64,000 bases of DNA, from contig JAJXTV010000010.1 in NCBI GenBank assembly GCA_021783515.1, positions 29,053 through 93,052 on the forward strand, given 5' to 3'. This document shows positions 19,326 to 25,673 of the stretch, one piece after another. This stretch comes from Nitrospirota bacterium (GTDB lineage Bacteria; Nitrospirota; Thermodesulfovibrionia; Thermodesulfovibrionales; UBA6898). The notes below the pieces were generated by a model. The model ran no database searches. It saw nothing but the letters and a program-made list of their open reading frames with translations, and had not been told where the DNA came from. The first letter of the stretch is position 1; each line of letters opens with the position of its first letter. A program made the position numbers and the translations under genes.

Positions 19326-19814
19326 CTACTCAATGACAATAGTCTCCTCAATTGTTAAGGGTGTCATGCCCGTATGATTAATCAAGGCGGCATATACTCC
19401 TCGACAGCCTAGCTGAGTGCCTATGATTACCATTACAAATGCCCTAAGATTATGGCTCGATAATCGATAGCAGTCACTCATATCTGTGATATCAGTTCCA
19501 GATGGATGAGGGAGTTCCTCGGGATGAGTATGCCAGTCACCGATGAAGTGCAATCCATCTTTATGGCGCTGCCATATTTCTATTTGCTGAAGCCTTCGGT
19601 TTGGCTTAAATCCTTGGCGGCTTCTTTTATCGAGAATGCTTGGAGCCGTAGCCTCAAAAACAATCGTATCAGCCCCGACAAACCGTGCAAATAATTGCCC
19701 GCCTGCCTCCTTTGCTCGTGCAGAGAGTTGACGGTATCTATACATTGTGGATAGGGCCGTATCGGTCAGGACAATTGCCGGGCCTCCAGGTACCTCTACA
19801 AGACGCAGGCTCAT
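19326..19814 (-). CDS. cap3: CBASS Cap3 (JAB/JAMM isopeptidase)
   Basis: EAGGQL ... HTHPEELPHPSGTDITD (E, HxH, S, D of JAMM). The start at MSLRLVEV shares ATGA with the cap2 stop (19811-19814). Confidence 0.85.
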   Translation of the reverse strand: MSLRLVEVPGGPAIVLTDTALSTMYRYRQLSARAKEAGGQLFARFVGADTIVFEATAPSILDKRSRQGFKPNRRLQQIEIWQRHKDGLHFIGDWHTHPEELPHPSGTDITDMSDCYRLSSHNLRAFVMVIIGTQLGCRGVYAALINHTGMTPLTIEETIVIE

Positions 19815-21601
19815 GGGATGTGCTTTCCCGAGTGAGAGCATTCAGGACATTCTGCGTCAGGCGAAACAGGGATCTCCTTCGAGAGTCCGCCTTCTCCGGG
19901 GTCGCCATGGCTCTCCCCCCATGCCGGGTTCCACCTGCCGCCTGCACGCTCAATCATCTTCTTCGCTCCTATCCACACTCTGTGGGCAGAAACTGTGATG
20001 TTTCCGAGAAGAATATCAAGAGCTAGATCGGCTATGAGAGAATGAACGTGGGACACTTCGACGGCGCCGTAAGGTTGAAAGAAGCCTCCGCACGCGGGCA
20101 CTGCTTTGAGGGTTCCCTCTTCCGGCCATATTGTTATCGGTATTTTGGGCCTGCCCATATGATCTCTTATACAGTTCAAACAGCCCTGCTCCTTGTGAAA
20201 GACGACAGCATGGCCAGCCGTCGCGTGAGGCTCTGTCCAACCATACAAGATCGGGGACGAAATGAATGAGGAAACCGCCATCGCGTTCAGCCATCCCTCC
20301 GATCGCCAAGAGCCGATAGTTGAAATAAGGAGGTCGGGGTTGCCAATAGAAGGGAGTTCTTTTTCGCAAAAATCTTCACACGTCATATCATATCCTGCTA
20401 TGTCCAGATGGGGAAAACGAGCGGCCAGTCTTCTTGCCATAGTGGTAGCTTTATACATATGGAGAGAATTAAGTCCGAGTCTATGCCGTGCCGGATTTTC
20501 AGAAGCAAGCTGTTCGGGGTCTACCAGAAGGATGCGGCCTACTCCCGACATGGCAAGGAGCTCGGCAACGAAACTTCCAAGAGAGCCAACACCGAATATA
20601 ACAACAGTCGTTGTTGATAACTTTTGGATCTGCGGATTATGATCTCTGCCATGTATCCAGGACGCATCGAGACGTACAGCGCAAGATCCGGATATCTTAG
20701 ATCCCCGATAACGCATGAGGACGATGTCCTCTGGAGGCCGTTGATGATACCCCTTGTTTAATGTGATTGTAGGCTTGGAAATGCAAAGTCCTGCGAAAGC
20801 AACCCCGTTCCTTCCCGCAAAGCCAATCGCTACATCTTTGTATCGCAGGGCTTCATTCAGAAGAAGCTCTTTTACCATGGTATTGTCGACGGCCAAAATC
20901 TTCAGCACGGTATGAAGATGGTTGACTCTTGTCGGATACTCATCGGGCCGCAGCGGCCGAGGAAGCCACAGAAGGGGCATCTTCTGCACATTATTGGCTT
21001 TGAAGTCTTTATCCGACTTCCTGTTTCGTAGCCATTTCAGCAATGCCCCATCGTCTTCTGCAATGTAAACACCAGTCTGAGTGCGCCAGCTGCTGACCCA
21101 GCGGGAGGGGCCCTCCGGGCGGCAGAGCACATAGAAGAAATCCTTCCCTATAGAGTCCCATCTTACCCAGTACGACTGAAATTCATCCTCAAAGTCGATC
21201 GAATTGACCCCGGCGGCACTATCATTTACCAACTTAACCGCATCCGTCAGGAGGTCTCTGACTACGCCGGCGCAATCTCTCGTTGAAAACGCGGACGAAT
21301 CACTCAGCAGGCAAAGCATCCCCTTTGCCTCGAGATGTGGCCATTCTAGGAGGGAAGGGGCCGGCCAAGCAGCAACGCGTGGGCTGCTGAAGGGGACAGA
21401 AGCAGGAAGAAGCACCCTAAGGCTGTACTTGCCCGTGCCCATGCTCTGCCTGGGGATCTCCCACCCGTCGCTGAATTCGTTGCCATAGTAAGAAAGCTCC
21501 TTCTCGGTAAGGGGACGAGCCCCTGGTATAGCTTCGAGCAACTTTTGGACGCCCTGAAGAGATTGCCGATATCGGGTGTGATCAGGCAAATGTGCCACCA
21601 C
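19811..21601 (-). CDS. cap2: CBASS Cap2 (E2-like plus E1/ThiF-like fusion)
   Basis: N-terminal E2-like region with KGMLCLLSD. ThiF Rossmann loop VVIFGVGSLGSFVAELL...LVDPE, CxxC pairs CLNC and CPEC, and ACGGFFQPYG. The likely start is GTG at about 21601/21598, overlapping the CD-NTase stop. The 666-aa track ORF over-extends into the upstream gene. Confidence 0.8.
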   Translation of the reverse strand: MVAHLPDHTRYRQSLQGVQKLLEAIPGARPLTEKELSYYGNEFSDGWEIPRQSMGTGKYSLRVLLPASVPFSSPRVAAWPAPSLLEWPHLEAKGMLCLLSDSSAFSTRDCAGVVRDLLTDAVKLVNDSAAGVNSIDFEDEFQSYWVRWDSIGKDFFYVLCRPEGPSRWVSSWRTQTGVYIAEDDGALLKWLRNRKSDKDFKANNVQKMPLLWLPRPLRPDEYPTRVNHLHTVLKILAVDNTMVKELLLNEALRYKDVAIGFAGRNGVAFAGLCISKPTITLNKGYHQRPPEDIVLMRYRGSKISGSCAVRLDASWIHGRDHNPQIQKLSTTTVVIFGVGSLGSFVAELLAMSGVGRILLVDPEQLASENPARHRLGLNSLHMYKATTMARRLAARFPHLDIAGYDMTCEDFCEKELPSIGNPDLLISTIGSWRSEGWLNAMAVSSFISSPILYGWTEPHATAGHAVVFHKEQGCLNCIRDHMGRPKIPITIWPEEGTLKAVPACGGFFQPYGAVEVSHVHSLIADLALDILLGNITVSAHRVWIGAKKMIERAGGRWNPAWGESHGDPGEGGLSKEIPVSPDAECPECSHSGKHIP

Positions 21602-22610
21602 CTCTTTTGTCCACTGCTGGGGGATTGCTATTTGATGATAGGATGTTTGCAAAGACAGCAGAGGCCCCGTTGCTCTCGGATTTCTCCTGATAACGCGAAA
21701 AGAAGAAATCCGTATTAAAGACCTTGTCCCAGGCCTTAAGAGCATTCTTTCGTGAGCATGCGGGATCATCGAGGCATTTAAGATCGTCGAGGGCGATAGC
21801 GACCTTGTCACGCAAAAATGCGGTGCTTGAGTCGTCAGGGCCGCTTGTCAGCTTTGCTCCCGGCGTCACCGGGTGATTGACTTCGAGGTCGGAAAGAAGC
21901 CGCCGATGGATGGCGGCCATGGTGTCACGAAGGGCGACGTCTTCGCGGTCCTTGTTCGCCACGTAACATTCCTCGGAGAGCTTCGTTATGGTAAAACCGG
22001 TCGCGATGACGTCTTTCCACGCTGTCCGGCTTCGCGCGAACTTCTTAAGGAGACGAACAATTCTTCTGAACTGCCTTCCGTTGTCGATATCAGGGCTCTT
22101 AGTCATATTTACATCATTGAACCAGTCCTCCACATCTGCGGCACGGGAGATTGTCCACGAATCGCCTGTGGACAGTTCATATTCGGAGTCATCTGTGATC
22201 CGGTAAATCGGCATGTCCACATGATAGCCTTCCTCGTAATATATACGGACGCAACTCTTTCTTACCTGTGGCTGCTTATTGAAGCGGTCGTCTTGGAGAG
22301 CATCACAGACCATCTGACGGGCGTCTTTGGCAGCCATGTCTTTTCCGTCCTTTCCTTGAAGGGACTTCCTTGTGAAGTAAACGCCGTCGTCGATGTCATA
22401 GTCATTATCGGGGTCCTGCACCATAGTAAGCATGGCATAGGAGCCCTGCTTTATGAACTCCTGGGGCAGCGGCTTCCCCTTGTCCTTCAGGTTATTCTTC
22501 AGCCTCTCCCGGTTGGCGTTTCTCCTGTCCCTCATCGCAGTGCGGTCACTTTGGCTTAAGGTCACCCTTTCATCATGAAACCCAAGTACATCCTTTGCAC
22601 AGTCATACAT
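21582..22610 (-). CDS. CBASS cGAS/DncV-like nucleotidyltransferase (CD-NTase)
   Basis: 342 aa. It has the Pol-beta NTase motifs GSYAMLTMV...DNDYDIDDGVYF and YHVDMPIY. The start overlaps the capV stop (ATGTATGA). Confidence 0.85.
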   Translation of the reverse strand: MYDCAKDVLGFHDERVTLSQSDRTAMRDRRNANRERLKNNLKDKGKPLPQEFIKQGSYAMLTMVQDPDNDYDIDDGVYFTRKSLQGKDGKDMAAKDARQMVCDALQDDRFNKQPQVRKSCVRIYYEEGYHVDMPIYRITDDSEYELSTGDSWTISRAADVEDWFNDVNMTKSPDIDNGRQFRRIVRLLKKFARSRTAWKDVIATGFTITKLSEECYVANKDREDVALRDTMAAIHRRLLSDLEVNHPVTPGAKLTSGPDDSSTAFLRDKVAIALDDLKCLDDPACSRKNALKAWDKVFNTDFFFSRYQEKSESNGASAVFANILSSNSNPPAVDKRGGGTFA

Positions 22611-23694
22611 TACTGCTTCCTCCTTTTGCCGGACGTTCCGGCATGCTGTTAAAGAGATTATTTATGGCATTGCCATTTGGCGTACAGTTGCGGATTTCAC
22701 TATTGCAAGTACTCGCGTCTTGCCGGGCCTGACGGACTAAAGCGTCGAGCCCCTCAGGTCTGGTCTCATCAAGCTCGAGGTATTTCAACATTGCGCCCGG
22801 GATCTTATCCGCAGGGAAGCGTATAATATTGACCTTCTTTTTGAGGTAAGGAATCAGCTTGCTGCCGATCATGTCAAAGGCATATTCCTGAGCAGCGATA
22901 GAGACACCGGCGGCTATGCCGCCGAATTTCCACTCCTTGAGCCCCCGATGAACGCTATCCTTCTTAATCACTTCCCCTTCGGGTTTCCCGCAGCTTCCGA
23001 GGCTGAATATTTCGATCTCTTCATCATCGTCCTGGCTCATTTGTAAAGCCTCTACAAGAGCGACTATCACCGGGTTATTGGCCCAGAGGCCGCCGTCGGC
23101 AAAGACATCGTAGTTGCCGTTGTCGGGGTGGTCTACAGCAGCGAGAGATCTAAACAAGGGTGCGGCGCTGCTTGCTTGACAGACGTCGACAAGCGTGTAG
23201 TTATCATCCCGGTGATTAGTCCCATAGTCGTGGGGGGTCTTAAAAATATAGGAGCGAAAATTAGCCATATTCACCGCCGTAATAGCAAGGGCAATATGAC
23301 GTTCCTCCCAGATCTGACGGACGGTCGTGTTGCCGAAAACTTCACTCAGGGCCTTCCTCAGTGCCGCATCACCTTCTGCAAGCGCTGTTGGGCGCGTAAA
23401 CATCTGACACATGAGGTTGGGGCCTGCGGAGGACGGCATCTTTTTCCTAAATATTGAAGCCCCATTCTCTTTATAAAGAATTGCCATCTCGGAGGGACTT
23501 ACACCCTTGGCAAGGCCACAGCCTATGATGGCGCCGGTGCTTGTTCCCACGATAAGACTGAACGCCTTCCCAATATCGAGACCATGTTTAAACCCTCTTC
23601 TCTGAGCGAAGGACCTTTCAACCTCTGCAAGAAAAGTCGCCGTGTATATCCCCCGCATACCGCCCCCATCAATACTTAACACTCTGAATGCCAT
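22603..23694 (-). CDS. capV: CBASS effector CapV (patatin-like phospholipase)
   Basis: The start MAFRVLSIDGGGMRG is preceded by AAGGAGGG. It has the oxyanion GGGMRG, the nucleophile GTSTG and the catalytic Asp in ADGGLWANNP. Confidence 0.9.
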   Translation of the reverse strand: MAFRVLSIDGGGMRGIYTATFLAEVERSFAQRRGFKHGLDIGKAFSLIVGTSTGAIIGCGLAKGVSPSEMAILYKENGASIFRKKMPSSAGPNLMCQMFTRPTALAEGDAALRKALSEVFGNTTVRQIWEERHIALAITAVNMANFRSYIFKTPHDYGTNHRDDNYTLVDVCQASSAAPLFRSLAAVDHPDNGNYDVFADGGLWANNPVIVALVEALQMSQDDDEEIEIFSLGSCGKPEGEVIKKDSVHRGLKEWKFGGIAAGVSIAAQEYAFDMIGSKLIPYLKKKVNIIRFPADKIPGAMLKYLELDETRPEGLDALVRQARQDASTCNSEIRNCTPNGNAINNLFNSMPERPAKGGSSNV

Positions 23695-23738
23695 TCTGTG
23701 CCCTCCTTTTCTATCAGCGCACAACAACGCACAGCTTT

Positions 23739-23782
23739 TTACCTACAGGTTAAGTTTAACCTATAGGTAAAACAAAAGTCAA
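23739..23782 (-). promoter_or_regulatory. Predicted CBASS promoter with a near-perfect 15-bp inverted-repeat operator
   Basis: The minus strand reads TTGACT-tttgtt-TTACCTATAGGTTAA-ac-TTAACCTGTAGGTAA. The arms match at 14/15 positions, a TAAACT -10 candidate sits at the dyad centre, and the capV ATG is 45 nt downstream. Confidence 0.55.
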
Positions 23783-23829
23783 ATTTTTTCGTGGGGTGAT
23801 GGCATTAGGGCTTCGCTTAGGAAGATGGG

Positions 23830-23889
23830 GTTGAGAACAGCTTTGCCGCTCGCAAAAAAGTCCTGCGGCTACTGAGCCGCGTTCTCAAC
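23830..23889 (-). terminator. Structured element between the TAC and CBASS operons (probable TAC terminator/insulator)
   Basis: The outer 9-bp stem is GTTGAGAAC/GTTCTCAAC. Inside, on the minus strand, is GCGGCT-cagt-AGCCGC followed by aggacTTTTTT. An alternative GCCGC/GCGGC pairing is also possible. Confidence 0.4.
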
Positions 23890-23966
23890 TTGACCCGGCG
23901 TGCAAGGAAGTCAACTGACCAGCTTAGGCGGAAATATCAGATCGATCTTGTGCTTCAAGGGGTATT

Positions 23967-24455
23967 CTAATCGTTGACGCTTGCCTTCGCAGTACGGTTC
24001 TTCTTACTACTTTTCTTTGTTCCTTTTCTTGCTGTCTTGACGCCATCGTTTTTTGATAGATGCTCGTACACATTGATCGTTGGAAGAACAATTTTGTTAT
24101 ATGGTGAAAGACCTGAAAGTTGACCTAAGACTCCCCTAGCAATTCCGTAAAGATTTGTTATCCCTAGGGGGCCGATCATTTTTAACGCGTCAGCCTCTTG
24201 TATGCCGTTAGCAACATCAAACAGACCAAAGATGGACATCTCACACCTGTAAAGCCATTTTTTCTTGCTCTCTCTGTCGGCATTGATCTTTATATTCAAT
24301 GCAAGGAAAAATTCCTTATTATTATCCTTGTTCCGTCCTACATCAACACTCAACGCCACAACATCTTCATCGCGATTCTCAAAATCAACCGCTGGAATGG
24401 CTTCAAAATGAACTTTGTCGAGGAAGTAATCTTTAAGCTGCAACGGACTCGACAT
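23967..24455 (-). CDS. SecB-like chaperone of a TAC (toxin-antitoxin-chaperone) module
   Basis: 162 aa. It aligns by eye to SecB: LQLKDYFLDKVHFEAIP resembles FQIQRIYTKDISFEAPN, and YRCEMSIFGLFDV...NLYGIARGVLGQLSGLSPYNKIVLPTINV resembles the SecB core and C-terminal helix region. It has a Lys-rich tail. Confidence 0.75.
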   Translation of the reverse strand: MSSPLQLKDYFLDKVHFEAIPAVDFENRDEDVVALSVDVGRNKDNNKEFFLALNIKINADRESKKKWLYRCEMSIFGLFDVANGIQEADALKMIGPLGITNLYGIARGVLGQLSGLSPYNKIVLPTINVYEHLSKNDGVKTARKGTKKSSKKNRTAKASVND

Positions 24456-24840
24456 TCTGTGCCTCCAGCAGCTTGATGTCTAGGGTGCTACGATCAAAAA
24501 AAGGCGCTCTAGGCCTAGTTCTGTAATGCATTTTAGGCCACTTCAGCACGGTCGCCTTATCAGTGGCGGTCTTTTCAACAAGTGAAACGGACAAGTCACA
24601 CCCAATCACCGATGCAACTCGCAACATTTGCTTAATGGTCAGATTTGTCCCATAGAGCAACTTGGTCACGTATGCGGGCGTAACGCCAAGCTTCTCAGCA
24701 AATAATTTTCTGCTCCAGCCTTTTTCCTTTAGTTCTTTCGCTACGGTTTCGGTGAAATCATAGACGATCTCTTCATACTGATACTCCAGATGATCCTTAT
24801 ATTTTTCATGTAATTTATCCAGAATGCTGCTTTCTTTCAT
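24433..24840 (-). CDS. XRE-family HTH antitoxin with a C-terminal extension (candidate chaperone-addiction region)
   Basis: The HTH is WSRKLFAEKLGVTPAYVTKLLYGTNLTIKQMLRVASVIG, followed by an aromatic/basic tail of about 45 aa (LKWPKMHYRTRPRAPFFDRS). The stop overlaps the chaperone start by 23 nt. A GGAGGA SD lies upstream. Confidence 0.75.
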   Translation of the reverse strand: MKESSILDKLHEKYKDHLEYQYEEIVYDFTETVAKELKEKGWSRKLFAEKLGVTPAYVTKLLYGTNLTIKQMLRVASVIGCDLSVSLVEKTATDKATVLKWPKMHYRTRPRAPFFDRSTLDIKLLEAQNVESVAA

Positions 24841-24859
24841 GATTCCTCCATATCGTAAG

Positions 24860-25234
24860 TTAACCCTGGGAGTCTAAATACTCTTTAACCTCTTTAAGCA
24901 AGCAAAGACCCCGCCTTATTTCCGAGCGCGGAGTAGCCCTTGTTTCCTTCTTAAATCCATGCAGGAGAACAATATCATCATGTAATGGGTGTCCTTTGTG
25001 AGTTCTGTAACACGTAAATCGATAATGCCCCCGTTTAAGCTCATAAAGATCCCCTCTCAGTTTGCGAAATTTAGTCTCATCTGCCGGGGTTCCATTAGTT
25101 TCAATCTTTTTGAGAAATGCCACCCACTGTGACTGTATATGCTCCGGCAACCGAGTAAAATAATCATACGCTTCGGCGCAGCAAAATAATCGTGTACGAA
25201 CATCATTCCTACTCAGTTGAATAATATTAGCCAA
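24860..25234 (-). CDS. HigB/Gp49-like (RelE superfamily) toxin of the TAC module
   Basis: 124 aa. It has the pattern F...LPEHIQSQWVAFLKKIETNG...KFRKLRGDLYELKRGHYRFTCYR...IVLLHGFKK typical of phage Gp49-like HigB toxins. The track start is TTG and the true start is uncertain. Confidence 0.7.
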   Translation of the reverse strand: MANIIQLSRNDVRTRLFCCAEAYDYFTRLPEHIQSQWVAFLKKIETNGTPADETKFRKLRGDLYELKRGHYRFTCYRTHKGHPLHDDIVLLHGFKKETRATPRSEIRRGLCLLKEVKEYLDSQG

Positions 25235-25237
25235 TAT

Positions 25238-25293
25238 TTAACCTAAAAGTAAAGTATTGTCAAGAGGTTTTTTAAAAAGAGGTTTTTAAAAAG
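25238..25293 (-). promoter_or_regulatory. TAC upstream region: TTGACA, a CBASS-like 15-nt box, and two tandem A/T-palindrome repeats
   Basis: The minus strand reads CTTTTTAAAAACCT-CTTTTTAAAAAACCT-C-TTGACA-atact-TTACTTTTAGGTTAA-at-aTTG(start). The box is 13/15 identical to the CBASS operator arm. Confidence 0.45.
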
Positions 25294-25624
25294 ATTGTCT
25301 GCCATGTCCCACTTGGTTTAATCGATCCCTCGCTTAGCCTACTTGTCCCGCCGTAGGCTGCCGATATAATATGATACAAACAGGCATTAAATCAACACGT
25401 TCGATGTGCGGTGGTCTGTGAGGCAGAGAACTGACAATAGCTTTGGGGATGTTGTTTCTGCGTTGCCTAAAGGGTATTCAAGAAAGGGAGTCTGATGTCA
25501 TCGGCCTGCTGAATTCCATTTGCACTCCACTTCTTTCTGAGGATTGCTCTTCCTGCCTGTTCCTGTGAGGAACTGAAAGCCGGATGAACGATCTGCACTG
25601 CTCGATTTGCCCGACTTGATGCTG

Positions 25625-25663
25625 CAGTATACATCTTTATTTTTCAGTATACATCTTTATTTT
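25625..25663. repeat. Perfect tandem direct duplication (CAGTATACATCTTTATTTT, 20-nt period)
   Basis: Read directly. The copies lie at 25625-25643 and 25645-25663, 10 nt downstream of the trmJ stop at the right island edge. Confidence 0.85.
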
Positions 25664-25673
25664 CCCTGGACAT

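Larger units (their letters stand above)
19130..25670. other. AT-richer genomic (defence) island carrying CBASS and TAC; no integrase or transposase
   Basis: Composition and codon usage shift visibly between the higA stop (19127) and the trmJ stop (25674). All seven genes inside are on the minus strand and have accessory functions. Confidence 0.6.

Noticed and set aside
19811-21811. Full 666-aa version of Cap2
   Set aside because: The first 70 or so residues overlap the CD-NTase coding region by 230 nt and look non-protein-like. A GTG start at about 21601 is more plausible.
23791-23806. Sigma-54-like TGGCAT...CTTCGC upstream of the CBASS/TAC spacer
   Set aside because: The GG-to-GC spacing does not fit the strict TGGCAC-N5-TTGC geometry, and the orientation points into the 3' end of the SecB-like gene.
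23810-23820. The 11-mer CTTCGCTTAGG recurs at 38441-38451 on the opposite strand, with a nearby GGAAG(T/C)CAACTGAC similarity, suggesting a MITE/REP family
   Set aside because: In a 64-kb window, hundreds of 11-mer coincidences are expected by chance (about L^2/4^11). No extended alignment or terminal inverted repeats surround the matches.
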